Positions 29,142-39,727 of a stretch of 64,000 nucleotides of DNA are shown piece after piece (positions within the stretch are counted from its first letter, which is position 1; each line of letters begins with the position of its first letter). Position numbers and translations under genes: made by a program. The notes beneath the pieces were generated by a model. The model saw only the letters and a program-made list of their open reading frames with translations. It ran no database searches and had not been told where the DNA came from. Where the stretch lies: assembly GCA_947589155.1 (NCBI GenBank), contig CANQBH010000002.1:56077-120076 (forward strand), read 5' to 3'. The stretch is from an uncultured Lachnospiraceae bacterium. GTDB taxonomy: Bacteria > Bacillota > Clostridia > Lachnospirales > Lachnospiraceae.

Positions 29142-30404
29142 ATGAGGATGAACGGACAATATGATGTAGTCGTACTGGGCGGCGGGGCCGCCGGCATGAC
29201 CGCGGCGATCTGGGCGCGGCGGCAGGGCGCGTCCGTGCTGCTGATCGAATATAACGATATGCTGGGCAAAAAGATCCTTTCGACCGGCAACGGAAGGTGT
29301 AATCTTTCCAACCGCAGGATTTCCGCTTCCTCTTATCGCTCGGATTCAGGGGGAGAGGATTTTTTTTCGTTGGCTTTTTCCAAAGTCTCCGTAGAAGAAA
29401 CGCTGGATTTTTTTGAAAGCCTCGGGATCTTGACGATCGAAGAACAGCAGCGGATCTATCCGCGGACCATGCGCGCCGCCGACGTGCGCGAGGCGTTGGC
29501 GCTTGCGCTTTCGCTGGAAGGGGTGGAGGTGTGTTACGGCACGAAAGTGCGGCAGGTCCGCCGCGAGGACGGCGTTTATCGGCTGCTGCTGCCGCGCGGC
29601 GGCGAGATCTTGGCGAAACGCCTGATCCTTGCGACCGGAAGTCCGGCGTCGGCGGTTTCGGGCAGTACGGACGACGGCGCGTATTACGCTGCGATGCTCG
29701 GCCATACGCTGCGGCCGTTTTTACCGGCGCTGGTCCCGCTGCGGTTTGCCGAAAAAAATCTTAAAGAACTGGCAGGGGTCCGCTGCCATGATACAAAAGT
29801 TTCCCTTTGGATCGACGGGGCGCCGGCGGGGAGATCCCGCGGAGAACTGCAGTTTACGGCGGAAACGCTGTCCGGTATCGTGATCTTTCAGTTGAGCCGT
29901 TATGCGGCGCTGGCGGCGCAGGAGAAGAAAACCTGCTACTGCCTGCTGGATCTTGTTCCCGAAAAGACGGAGGAGGAACTGTTTTTGCACTGGAGCCGCC
30001 GGATCGACGCGGCGAAAGGAACAATGACGCTGCAACAGGCCGCGGCCGGAAGCCTGCACGGCGGTGTGCTTTCCTATATTGCGAGGACAGCAGGACTTCC
30101 TTTGGACCGTCCTTTGACGAGGAAAGACGTTGGGGTATTGCGGACGCTTGCGGCAGGCATTAAGGCGTTTCGGGTCGATCTGGACGGGCCGAAAGGCAAA
30201 AAAGACGCGCAGATCTGCGCCGGCGGCGTTTGTCTTTCAGAAGTCGACGCCGCCACGATGGAATCGAAATTAAATCCGGGTTTATTTTTTGCGGGAGAAC
30301 TTTTGGACATCGACGGCAAATGCGGCGGATATAATCTGCAATGGGCATGGACCAGCGGCAGGATCGCGGGAGAAGCTGCGGGGAGAGGAGACTTTCATGA
30401 TTAA
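29142..30404 (+). CDS. HI0933/BaiN-family flavoprotein
   Basis: GGGAAG, GKKILSTGNGRCN, GELLDIDG.CGGYNLQWAW.SG. Confidence 0.92.
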   Translation: MRMNGQYDVVVLGGGAAGMTAAIWARRQGASVLLIEYNDMLGKKILSTGNGRCNLSNRRISASSYRSDSGGEDFFSLAFSKVSVEETLDFFESLGILTIEEQQRIYPRTMRAADVREALALALSLEGVEVCYGTKVRQVRREDGVYRLLLPRGGEILAKRLILATGSPASAVSGSTDDGAYYAAMLGHTLRPFLPALVPLRFAEKNLKELAGVRCHDTKVSLWIDGAPAGRSRGELQFTAETLSGIVIFQLSRYAALAAQEKKTCYCLLDLVPEKTEEELFLHWSRRIDAAKGTMTLQQAAAGSLHGGVLSYIARTAGLPLDRPLTRKDVGVLRTLAAGIKAFRVDLDGPKGKKDAQICAGGVCLSEVDAATMESKLNPGLFFAGELLDIDGKCGGYNLQWAWTSGRIAGEAAGRGDFHD

Positions 30405-32004
30405 GATCGATCAGCTCTGTATGGCGGTGGACGAGCCCAAGGAATCGATAAAACAGAAGATTGCAGACTTATTAAAAGTAGATATAACATCTATTTCGCA
30501 AATCCGGATCCTGCGCCGCTCAATCGACGCCAGAAAAAAGACGGACGTCCACTATGAGTACAGCGTCCTCTGCCGCGTCTCCTGCAATGAAGAAAAACTC
30601 CTCCGGCGTTTGCGCGGGAACCGCAAGGTCTCCTTATACAAAAAACCGGCGCCTTTTTTGACGGTCAGGGCGTTTTCGCCGCAAAAGCGGCCGGTGATCG
30701 TCGGGGCGGGCCCTGCCGGGCTGTTCTGCGGCTATCTGCTGGCCCTGCACGGCTTTGCGCCGCTGTTGATCGAACGCGGGCGCGACGTCGACCGGCGGAA
30801 GGAAGACGTCCGCCGCTTCTGGGAGGAGGGCACGCTCGATCCGTCGTCCAACGTCCAGTTTGGGGAAGGCGGCGCGGGAGCGTTTTCCGACGGAAAACTC
30901 AACACCCTTGTCAACGACAGGGCGCGCAGCGATTTTGTGCTGCATACCCTTGTGCGTTTCGGCGCGCCGGAGCAGATCCTCTGGGATGCAAAGCCCCATG
31001 TGGGAACGGATCTTCTGCTTCGGGTCGTCCGCAATCTGCGCCGCGAGATCGTGCGGCAGGGCGGCGAGGTACATTTTGAGGAAACGTTTAACGGTTTTAC
31101 GGCGGAAAACGGGCAATTGACGGCGGCGATGACCGACCGCGGCGCATATGAGACAAACGATCTTGTGACGGCGATCGGGCACAGCGCGAGGGATACGTTT
31201 GCGATGCTGCACAACGAAAACGTTTTTATGACGGCAAAAGCCTTTGCCGTCGGTTTTCGTATCGAGCATCCGCAGGCGTTTATCGACGAGCGGCAGTACG
31301 GAGCGTATGCGCGTTTTCTGCCTGCCGCGCCGTATAAGTTAAAGACGCAGTTGCCGGACGGACGCGGCGTTTACTCGTTTTGCATGTGCCCGGGCGGCTA
31401 TGTGATCAACGCGTCCTCCCTGCCGGGACGCACCGCGGTCAACGGCATGAGTTATTCCGACCGCGGCAGCGGCAACGCCAACAGCGCGATCGTTGTGACC
31501 GTGGGGCCGGGCGACTATGACGCCGACGACCCGCTCGGAGCCGTCGCCTATCAGGAGGCTCTGGAACAAAAGGCGTATCGGCTGGGCGGCGGCGCAGTGC
31601 CGCAGCAGTTATACGGAGATCTCTGCAGCGGCCGCGTATCGTCCTCTTACGGCGATTTTGCCTCGCAGGTGAAAGGAAACGCGGTCTTTGCCGATCTGCG
31701 GGAGTGCCTTCCCAAAGATCTGCTCCGGTCGTTCTGCCATGGCATGGATGCGTTTGCCGGAAAGATCAAGGGATTCGACCGTTACGACGCCATTTTATCC
31801 GGAATCGAGAGTCGGACGTCCTCTCCGGTGCGGATCGTGCGGGACGAGACGCTGCAATCCAATATCCTTGGGCTTTATCCGTGCGGAGAGGGAGCGGGAT
31901 ATGCCGGCGGGATCATGTCGGCGGCGATGGACGGCCTGAAGGTCGCGGAAAAGATCATGGAAAAGTATCAGGTGAAAGATGAAAGCGAACGAAGTGGATT
32001 TTAA
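30397..32004 (+). CDS. FAD-dependent oxidoreductase
   Basis: GAGPAG, GEGGAGAFSDGKL, SFCMCPGG, GEGAGYAGGI; start ATG 30397. Confidence 0.9.
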   Translation: MIKIDQLCMAVDEPKESIKQKIADLLKVDITSISQIRILRRSIDARKKTDVHYEYSVLCRVSCNEEKLLRRLRGNRKVSLYKKPAPFLTVRAFSPQKRPVIVGAGPAGLFCGYLLALHGFAPLLIERGRDVDRRKEDVRRFWEEGTLDPSSNVQFGEGGAGAFSDGKLNTLVNDRARSDFVLHTLVRFGAPEQILWDAKPHVGTDLLLRVVRNLRREIVRQGGEVHFEETFNGFTAENGQLTAAMTDRGAYETNDLVTAIGHSARDTFAMLHNENVFMTAKAFAVGFRIEHPQAFIDERQYGAYARFLPAAPYKLKTQLPDGRGVYSFCMCPGGYVINASSLPGRTAVNGMSYSDRGSGNANSAIVVTVGPGDYDADDPLGAVAYQEALEQKAYRLGGGAVPQQLYGDLCSGRVSSSYGDFASQVKGNAVFADLRECLPKDLLRSFCHGMDAFAGKIKGFDRYDAILSGIESRTSSPVRIVRDETLQSNILGLYPCGEGAGYAGGIMSAAMDGLKVAEKIMEKYQVKDESERSGF

Positions 32005-34651
32005 CGAACTGACGCCGATGATGCAGCATTATCTGCGTACCAAGGAAGAATATAAGAACTACATACTCTTTTACCGTCTCGGCGATTTTTACGAGATGTT
32101 TTTCGAGGATGCGGAAACCGTTTCCCGCGAACTCGAACTGACGCTGACCGGAAAAAGCTGCGGGCTGTCCGAGCGCGCGCCGATGTGCGGGATCCCGTAT
32201 CATGCGGCGGACAGTTATCTGACGCGCCTGATCAACAAAGGCTATAAGGTCGCCGTATGCGAGCAGGTTGAAGATCCGAAAGAGGCCAAGGGAATGGTGC
32301 GGCGCGAGGTGACGCGGATCGTTACGCCGGGCACGAATATGGATGAGATGGCGCTGGACGAGAGCCGGAACAACTATATCATGGGCCTGTTCTTCGATGG
32401 GGACGCCTATGGCGTTGCGGTGGCGGACGTAACGACCGCAGATTTCTTTGTGACGGAAGTGGACAGTACCCGCAGCTGCATGGACGAGATTCAGAAATTC
32501 GCGCCGGCGGAGATCGTCTGTAACGAAAATGTGGCGATCAGCGGCATGGACTTGCAGGATCTTCAGGAGAGGCTGCATATCTCCGTTTCCAAACTGGACG
32601 CCGCCTATTTTGACGACCGCCGTTCCGCCGATACGCTGCTGGAGCATTTTCACGTCAACCGTCTGGAGTCGCTTGGCCTGTCGGAGTTTCCTATGGGAAC
32701 AGTCTCCGCGGGCGCGCTTTTGCAATATCTGCGCGACATCCAAAAGACTTCTTTAGAGCAGCTCAATCATATTTCGCCTTACCGCAACGGCAGTTTCATG
32801 CTGCTGGACGCCTCCACGCGGCGCAATCTTGAATTGGTGGAAACGCTGCGCGAAAAGCAGAAAAGAGGCTCTCTGTTGTGGGTGCTGGACAAGACGAAGA
32901 CCGCGATGGGCGCGAGAATGCTGCGCAAGGACATCGAGCAGCCGCTGACGGATCCCGAGGCGATCACGGCGCGTCTGGACGCGGTGGACGAACTGCTCGC
33001 GCGCATGATCCAGCGCGAGGAACTGCGCGAGTATATGCAGCCGATCTACGATCTGGAGCGGCTGAATACGCGCGTTGTCTATCAGACGGCCAATCCGCGG
33101 GATCTTCTCGCGTTCAAAAACTCCATCCGGATGCTTCCGGCGATCCGGACGGTCCTTGAGGATTTTGGCGCGGCGCAACTGCAGGAGATCCGCGGGCAGA
33201 TCGACGATCTGCGGGACGTGTTCGGCTGGATCGACGAAGCCGTTTGCGAGGATCCGCCGCTTTCCGCGCGCGACGGCGGGATCATCAAAGACGGATTTTT
33301 GCCGGAGATCGACCGCCTGCGGAAAGCCAAGACCGACGGCAAGACATGGCTGGCGCAGTTGGAAAGCCGCGAGCGGGAGCGGACCGGCATCAAAAATCTC
33401 AAGGTCAAGTATAACAAGGTCTTCGGCTATTATCTGGAAGTGACCAATTCCTACCGCGATCTCGTGCCGGACGACTATCAGAGAAAGCAGACGCTTGCCA
33501 ACGCCGAGCGTTATTTTACGCCGGAACTCAAAGAACTGGAAGATACGATCCTCGGGGCGGAAGACAAACTGATGTCGCTGGAATACGAGTATTTCAAGGA
33601 ACTCAGAAGCCGCATTGCGGCGCAGGTGTCGCGGATCCAGCAGACCGCGAAGGCCATAGCGCGTCTGGACGTTTACGCTTCGCTGGCGTATGTCGCCGAG
33701 AAGAACCGTTACTGCAGGCCGCGGATTAACACCGGCGGCGTGATCGACATCAAAGGCGGCCGCCATCCGGTCGTGGAGAAGATGACCGGCGGCAGCGGGT
33801 TCGTGGAAAACGATACCTATCTGGACAACAAAAAGCAGCGGCTCTCCATCATCACAGGGCCGAACATGGCGGGAAAATCCACCTATATGCGGCAGACGGC
33901 GCTGATCGTTCTGATGGCGCAGATCGGCAGTTTTGTTCCGGCGCAGGAGGCCGATATCGGCGTGGTCGACCGGATCTTTACCCGCGTAGGCGCATCGGAC
34001 GACCTCGCCATGGGGCAGAGCACATTCATGGTCGAGATGAACGAGGTCGCGAATATCCTGCGCAGCGCGACCAAAGACTCGCTGCTGATCCTGGACGAGA
34101 TCGGCAGGGGCACGAGCACGTTTGACGGGTTAAGCATCGCGTGGGCCGTGGTCGAGCATATCAGCAACAGCAGGATCCTCGGCGCAAAGACGCTGTTTGC
34201 CACGCATTACCATGAACTGACGGAACTCGAAGGAAAACTGGAAGGCGTGCACAATTACTGTATCGCCGTCAAGGAAAACGGCGACGATATCGTTTTCCTG
34301 CGAAAGATCGTCCCGGGCGGCGCGGACAAGAGTTACGGGATCGCGGTCGCAAAACTCGCGGGACTTCCGGAAGAAGTCATCGAGCGCGCGAAGCGGATCG
34401 TGGAGCAGCTTTGCGAAAACGACATCGTGGATCTGACAAAAAACATTGCTGTGGAAGGGCAGGCGCTGGTACATAAGGAAAAACCAAAAAAGATGGACGA
34501 GGTGGATCTGGCGCAGATGACGTTTTTGGATACGCTCGGCGACGAGGATATCCTCTCGATGATACGGGACATGGACCTCTCCACGATGACGCCGCTGGAA
34601 GCAATGAACGCATTGCATGAGATTCAGGTAAAGGTAAAGAACAGATGGTAG
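31979..34651 (+). CDS. mutS: DNA mismatch repair protein MutS
   Basis: GDFYEMF, TGPNMAGKSTYMRQ, STFMVEM, DEIGRGTST, ATHYHEL. Confidence 0.98.
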   Translation: MKANEVDFNELTPMMQHYLRTKEEYKNYILFYRLGDFYEMFFEDAETVSRELELTLTGKSCGLSERAPMCGIPYHAADSYLTRLINKGYKVAVCEQVEDPKEAKGMVRREVTRIVTPGTNMDEMALDESRNNYIMGLFFDGDAYGVAVADVTTADFFVTEVDSTRSCMDEIQKFAPAEIVCNENVAISGMDLQDLQERLHISVSKLDAAYFDDRRSADTLLEHFHVNRLESLGLSEFPMGTVSAGALLQYLRDIQKTSLEQLNHISPYRNGSFMLLDASTRRNLELVETLREKQKRGSLLWVLDKTKTAMGARMLRKDIEQPLTDPEAITARLDAVDELLARMIQREELREYMQPIYDLERLNTRVVYQTANPRDLLAFKNSIRMLPAIRTVLEDFGAAQLQEIRGQIDDLRDVFGWIDEAVCEDPPLSARDGGIIKDGFLPEIDRLRKAKTDGKTWLAQLESRERERTGIKNLKVKYNKVFGYYLEVTNSYRDLVPDDYQRKQTLANAERYFTPELKELEDTILGAEDKLMSLEYEYFKELRSRIAAQVSRIQQTAKAIARLDVYASLAYVAEKNRYCRPRINTGGVIDIKGGRHPVVEKMTGGSGFVENDTYLDNKKQRLSIITGPNMAGKSTYMRQTALIVLMAQIGSFVPAQEADIGVVDRIFTRVGASDDLAMGQSTFMVEMNEVANILRSATKDSLLILDEIGRGTSTFDGLSIAWAVVEHISNSRILGAKTLFATHYHELTELEGKLEGVHNYCIAVKENGDDIVFLRKIVPGGADKSYGIAVAKLAGLPEEVIERAKRIVEQLCENDIVDLTKNIAVEGQALVHKEKPKKMDEVDLAQMTFLDTLGDEDILSMIRDMDLSTMTPLEAMNALHEIQVKVKNRW

Positions 34652-36405
34652 AGATTGCGGTATTGAGTAAAGAAACGATCGATCAGATCGCGGCGGGAGA
34701 AGTAGTGGAACGGCCGGCTTCCGTCGTCAAGGAACTTGTGGAAAACGCGATGGATGCGGGCGCGGACGCGATCACGGTCGAGATCCGCGACGGCGGGACG
34801 TCCTTCATCCGCGTGACGGACAACGGCTGCGGCATCCCAAAGGAACAGCTGCGTCTGGCGTTTACGCGCCATGCGACGTCAAAGATCCGCAGCGCGCAGG
34901 ATCTTGCGGGCGTCCGCTCGCTCGGCTTCCGCGGCGAGGCGCTCTCCAGCATCGGCGCGGTGGCAAAGGTGGAGATGATCACCAAGCCGAAGGAACAGTG
35001 GATGGGCTGCCGCTATGTGATCGAGGATTCGCAGGAAACGGCGGCGGAGGACGTCGGTTCTCCGGACGGCACCACGATCATGGTACACCAACTGTTTTGG
35101 CACCTTCCGGCGCGCAGAAAATTCCTCAAGAGCAACCAGACCGAGGGAAATCACATTGCTGAACTGGTGGAACGGCTGGCCCTTTCGCATCCGGAGATCT
35201 CCTTCTGCCTGATCTCGAACAAGGCGGAAAAACTGCATACGTCCGGCAGCGGAAGCCTTCTGGACGCCGTTTATCAGGTGTACGGGCGCGATATCGCGGC
35301 CAATCTGCTGCCGGTTTCATCCGGCGACGGGAAATTCCGCGTCGAGGGCTTCCTCGGCAATTCGACGATCGCCCGCGGCAGCCGCAGCCTTGAGACGTTC
35401 TTTGTCGACGGGCGCTATGTGAGATCGCCGCTGCTTTCGCGCGCATTGGAGGAGGGCTATCTGGGCTATCTGATGCAGCATCAATATCCGTTCTGCGTTT
35501 TGCAGATCGTCACCGAAGGGGCGGCCGTGGACGTCAACGTGCATCCGACCAAACAGGAGGTGCGCTTTGAGGACGAGATCGCCGTCGCCCGCTTTTTGAC
35601 GGAACTTGTGCGCGAACGCCTGCACCGGCGGGAAGATATCGCGCGGATCGAAGCCCCTCCGCCAAAGGAGGAGCCGTCGCCTTTGCAGACGATTCCAATG
35701 GTCGTCGAGCCGTTTGAAGAAAAAAAGTTGTCTGACATCCGCGCAAAGATCGCCGACGAGATCCGCAGCGACACGCCGTACCGGCAGCAGTATGAACAGC
35801 GGTCGTTTCTGGATCGGAAGACGATGGACGCCCACCGCCTGATCGGTCAGGTGTTCGGCACTTATTGGATGGTCGAATACGACGGCCAGCTCTATATCAT
35901 CGACCAGCACGCCGCGCATGAGAAAGTGCTCTACGAGCGGACCATGGCGGCGCTTGCCGACAAGCAGATGACGTCGCAGATGATCAGCCCGCCGCTGATC
36001 GTAACGCTGACGAAAGCGGAGCAGGGATTGCTCGAAACCTACGGTAGCGCGTTTACGCGTCTGGGTTATAGCGTTTCGCCGTTCGGCGGCAACGAGTTCG
36101 CGATCACCGCGGTTCCGGACAATATGTTTTCTCTCGACGTCAGGCGGATGTTCATGGATCTTCTGGCGTCCTGCGCGCAGGAGACGATGCCAAAAGACGA
36201 AAGTCTTGTCATGGAAAAAGTCGCCTCGCTGTCCTGCAAGGCGGCGGTCAAAGGCAATCATCGGCTTTCAGAGGCGGAGATACGGGCGCTGATCGACGAA
36301 CTCCTGACGCTGGACAACCCGTACCACTGCCCGCACGGCAGACCGACGATGATCGCCGTGACCAAAGAAGAACTCGAAAAGAGATTCAAAAGGATCGTGT
36401 CATGA
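34645..36405 (+). CDS. mutL: DNA mismatch repair endonuclease MutL
   Basis: IAAGEVVERP, GFRGEAL, DQHAAHE, CPHGRP. Confidence 0.97.
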   Translation: MVEIAVLSKETIDQIAAGEVVERPASVVKELVENAMDAGADAITVEIRDGGTSFIRVTDNGCGIPKEQLRLAFTRHATSKIRSAQDLAGVRSLGFRGEALSSIGAVAKVEMITKPKEQWMGCRYVIEDSQETAAEDVGSPDGTTIMVHQLFWHLPARRKFLKSNQTEGNHIAELVERLALSHPEISFCLISNKAEKLHTSGSGSLLDAVYQVYGRDIAANLLPVSSGDGKFRVEGFLGNSTIARGSRSLETFFVDGRYVRSPLLSRALEEGYLGYLMQHQYPFCVLQIVTEGAAVDVNVHPTKQEVRFEDEIAVARFLTELVRERLHRREDIARIEAPPPKEEPSPLQTIPMVVEPFEEKKLSDIRAKIADEIRSDTPYRQQYEQRSFLDRKTMDAHRLIGQVFGTYWMVEYDGQLYIIDQHAAHEKVLYERTMAALADKQMTSQMISPPLIVTLTKAEQGLLETYGSAFTRLGYSVSPFGGNEFAITAVPDNMFSLDVRRMFMDLLASCAQETMPKDESLVMEKVASLSCKAAVKGNHRLSEAEIRALIDELLTLDNPYHCPHGRPTMIAVTKEELEKRFKRIVS

Positions 36406-37352
36406 CTATGGAAAAAGAACCGCTTGTCATTCTGGCCGGACCGACGGCGGTCGGGAAAACGGGCCTTTCCCTCGCCCTTGCGAAACGGTGCGGCGGCGAG
36501 ATCGTTTCCTGCGATTCCATGCAGGTCTACCGTCATATGGATATCGGCTCGGCAAAGATACTGCCGGAGCAGATGCAGGGCGTCCGCCATCATCTGGTGG
36601 ACGTGCTCGAACCGGACGAGGCGTTTCATGTCGCGCGTTTTCAGCAGATGGCGAAGGAAGCGATCGCCGACATCCGTTCCCGCGGCCGTCTCCCGATCGC
36701 CGTGGGCGGCACCGGTTTTTATATTCAGGCGCTTTTATACGACGCGGATTTTTCTTCGGAGCAGGAGGACCGCGACTATCGCCGCCGGTTGGAAATGCAG
36801 GCAGCGGACGGAAGCGCCGCGCTCTGGGAACGGTTAAAAGAAGTGGATCCAAAGAGCGCCGCCGCGATCCATCCCAACAATACGAAACGCGTCATCCGCG
36901 CGCTGGAATATTACCATATCCACGGGCAGACGATCTATGAGCACAACCGGCGGCAGAAGGAAAAAGAATCGCCGTACCGTTTCTGTTATTTCGTTTTGAG
37001 CGAAGACCGCGCCGCGCTGTACCGGCGTATCGACCGCAGGGTGGATGAGATGATGGAGCAGGGCTTGCTGGAAGAAGTCCGCCGCCTTTACGATATGGGA
37101 TGTCGCGGCAGTATGGTCTCCATGCAGGGGCTCGGCTATAAGGAACTGCTCGAGATCATCGAAGGCAGGGACGATCTGGCGCACGCCGTGGAAAAGATCA
37201 AAAGGGATACCCGTCATTTCGCAAAACGCCAGCTCACATGGTTCCGCGCCAGACCCGAAGCGGTCTGGGTGGATAAGGAGGCGTTCTCCGGCGACGAAGA
37301 AAGGATACTGGCGTTTCTCTTGGAGACCATGAGACAAAAAAAGATCATATGA
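36402..37352 (+). CDS. miaA: tRNA dimethylallyltransferase
   Basis: GPTAVGKT, DSMQVY, GGTGFY, AKRQLTWF. Confidence 0.97.
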   Translation: MTMEKEPLVILAGPTAVGKTGLSLALAKRCGGEIVSCDSMQVYRHMDIGSAKILPEQMQGVRHHLVDVLEPDEAFHVARFQQMAKEAIADIRSRGRLPIAVGGTGFYIQALLYDADFSSEQEDRDYRRRLEMQAADGSAALWERLKEVDPKSAAAIHPNNTKRVIRALEYYHIHGQTIYEHNRRQKEKESPYRFCYFVLSEDRAALYRRIDRRVDEMMEQGLLEEVRRLYDMGCRGSMVSMQGLGYKELLEIIEGRDDLAHAVEKIKRDTRHFAKRQLTWFRARPEAVWVDKEAFSGDEERILAFLLETMRQKKII

Positions 37353-37366
37353 CATGAGGAGAAGAT

Positions 37367-38644
37367 ATGGAAGGATTCTATCATAAATTCGGCATTTCCG
37401 ACCGAATCCTGGCGTATGGCGAGCGGATAGAGGAAGGGCTGCGCGAACGCTTTGCGCAGATCGATAAGATCGTGGAACACAATCAGTTGAAAGTTGTTTC
37501 AGCTATGCAGGAGCACCGCGTGAGCCAAGCCTGCTTTCAGGGAAGTTCCGGTTACGGCTATGACGATCTCGGGCGGGATACGTTGGAAAAAGTCTATGCG
37601 ACCTGTTTTTGCGGCGAAGACGCGCTGGTCCGTCCGCAGATCACCTGCGGGACGCACGCGCTTGCGCTCGCCCTGCAGTCTTTGGTGCGGCCCGGCGACG
37701 AGATCCTCTCGCCGGTCGGAAAGCCCTACGATACGCTGGAAGAAGTCATAGGGATCCGGCCTTCGCGCGGTTCCCTTGCGGAATACGGCGTAACCTACGC
37801 GCAGGTGGATCTCAAGGAGAACGGCTCTTTTGATCTGGAAGGGATACGCAAGGCGCTCCATCCGCAAACGCGTCTGGTGACGATCCAGCGTTCCAAAGGC
37901 TATGACAGCCGCCCGACGCTTTCCGTGGAGGCCATCGGGACGCTGATCGCTTTCATCAAAGGCCTGCGTCCCGATGTGCTCTGCATGGTCGATAACTGCT
38001 ACGGGGAATTTGTCGAGGAGAGGGAACCTCTGGAAGTCGGCGCGGATCTGATCGTCGGTTCGCTGATCAAGAATCCCGGCGGCGGCCTCGCGCCGTCCGG
38101 CGGTTATCTGGTCGGGAAAAAGGAGTGTATCGCCGAAGCGGCCTGCCGTCTGACCTCGCCGGGCCTTGGAAAGGAAGTCGGCGCGGGGCTCGGCGTGCTG
38201 CCCGCCTTTTATCAGGGGCTTTTCCTTGCGCCGTCCGTCGTCGGGAGCGCCTTAAAGACCGCGATATTTGCCGCAAATCTCTTAGAGCCGCTGGGGTTTG
38301 ACGTCCTGCCGGATTCCAAAGAGCCGCGCCACGATATCATTCAGGCCGTCACGTTCCGCCGGCCCGAGGGGCTGATCGCCTTTTGTCAGGGGATTCAGGC
38401 GGCGGCGCCCGTGGACAGTTTCGTTACGCCGGAGCCGTGGGACATGCCGGGCTACGACAGCAAGGTCATCATGGCGGCGGGCGCGTTCGTTCAGGGATCG
38501 TCGATCGAATTGAGCGCGGACGGCCCGCTGCGTCCGCCGTACACCGCCTTTTTCCAAGGCGGCCTCACATGGGCGCACGGCAAACTCGGTATGCTTATGG
38601 CGCTACAAAAACTTTACGACGCGCATCTTGTTTCGGATCTTTGA
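37367..38644 (+). CDS. YnbB-like PLP enzyme (methionine gamma-lyase family)
   Basis: GYGYDDLGRD, GKPYDTLEEVIG, GSLIKNPGGG, ELSADGP. Confidence 0.9.
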   Translation: MEGFYHKFGISDRILAYGERIEEGLRERFAQIDKIVEHNQLKVVSAMQEHRVSQACFQGSSGYGYDDLGRDTLEKVYATCFCGEDALVRPQITCGTHALALALQSLVRPGDEILSPVGKPYDTLEEVIGIRPSRGSLAEYGVTYAQVDLKENGSFDLEGIRKALHPQTRLVTIQRSKGYDSRPTLSVEAIGTLIAFIKGLRPDVLCMVDNCYGEFVEEREPLEVGADLIVGSLIKNPGGGLAPSGGYLVGKKECIAEAACRLTSPGLGKEVGAGLGVLPAFYQGLFLAPSVVGSALKTAIFAANLLEPLGFDVLPDSKEPRHDIIQAVTFRRPEGLIAFCQGIQAAAPVDSFVTPEPWDMPGYDSKVIMAAGAFVQGSSIELSADGPLRPPYTAFFQGGLTWAHGKLGMLMALQKLYDAHLVSDL

Positions 38645-38656
38645 GTATGATAAAAT
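38628..38656 (+). promoter_or_regulatory. sigA promoter of the mre operon
   Basis: TTGTTT-17 nt-TAAAAT with extended TG. Confidence 0.55.
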
Positions 38657-38691
38657 AAATAGATGGATTTCTTACAACGGAGGAACGAAAA

Positions 38692-39714
38692 ATGAGCAAC
38701 GCATACGGTATCGACATGGGAACGGTGAATCTGAAGATCTATAACAACAACACGGACGACGTGGTCTCCGTCAAGAACACGATCTCGATCGTGGAAAAGG
38801 ATCAGATGTACGCCTATGGCGATTCCGCCTATTCCATGTTTGAAAAAGCGCCGGAAAGCATCGACGTATCGTTTCCAATCGTCCGCGGCGTGATCGCCGA
38901 TTTTGACAATATGCAGACGATGCTCTTTGAAGTGCTGGAAAAAGAAGCGAAGGGCAGGCTGAAAGGTTCGGACGTCGTCATCGCGGTGCCGACCGACATT
39001 ACGGAGGTCGAAAAGAAGGCGTTTTACGATATGTTCGCAAAGTCCAAGATCAAAACGCACAGCGTCTGCCTCTGCGAAAAAACACTGGCCGTTGCGCTGG
39101 GGCTGGGACTGGATATCACCGAACCGACCGGTATCATGGTCGTGGATTTCGGCGGCGACACCACGGAGATCTCCGTAATCTCTCTGGGCGGCCTCGTGCT
39201 TACGGAACTCCTGCCGTTCGGCGGGAATATGCTTGACGACGCCATCGTGACCTATATGAAGCGCAGATACAATCTGGTCATCGGCCGCAAGACCGCCTGC
39301 CAGTTAAAAGAAAAGATCGGCAGCGCGCTCCCGCAGCAGACGTCGTCCGAAGAAAGCATGGTGATCGTCGGACGCGATGTGGTCAGCGGCCTTCCGATCG
39401 AAATGCCGGTCAGCGCCACCATGGTGTACGAAGGAATCAAGGACGACCTGACCAATCTCTGCAACTCGATCAAGATCATCCTTGAAAAAGTACCGCCGGA
39501 ACTCGCCAAGGACATCGTACATTCCGGCATTTATCTGACCGGCGGAAGTTCGCAGATCCGCGATCTGAACACGCTGTTCACGCAAGTGACGAACATCAAG
39601 GTCAACAGCGCCGAATATGCGGCGGATACGTCCGTGCGCGGATTGAAACGGGTACTGACCGATTCCAAGTTCAGCAAGTTCGGTTACAGCATGAAGACCA
39701 GAATATTCTCATAA
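38692..39714 (+). CDS. mreB: Rod shape-determining protein MreB (divergent)
   Basis: GIDMGT, GVIADF, VDFGGDTTE, LTGGS; precedes mreC. Confidence 0.9.
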   Translation: MSNAYGIDMGTVNLKIYNNNTDDVVSVKNTISIVEKDQMYAYGDSAYSMFEKAPESIDVSFPIVRGVIADFDNMQTMLFEVLEKEAKGRLKGSDVVIAVPTDITEVEKKAFYDMFAKSKIKTHSVCLCEKTLAVALGLGLDITEPTGIMVVDFGGDTTEISVISLGGLVLTELLPFGGNMLDDAIVTYMKRRYNLVIGRKTACQLKEKIGSALPQQTSSEESMVIVGRDVVSGLPIEMPVSATMVYEGIKDDLTNLCNSIKIILEKVPPELAKDIVHSGIYLTGGSSQIRDLNTLFTQVTNIKVNSAEYAADTSVRGLKRVLTDSKFSKFGYSMKTRIFS

Positions 39715-39727
39715 GGACCGTAATTTC

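Noticed and set aside
17595-36261. Long antisense ORFs (e.g. 17595-18590, 19435-20649, 22023-23048, 32753-33766, 35317-36261)
   Set aside because: Shadow frames opposite well-supported genes, expected from GC-rich codon bias; no recognisable motifs
37353-37366. Missing hfq between miaA and ynbB
   Set aside because: True of this locus, but hfq loss is common in firmicutes and cannot be assessed from this window
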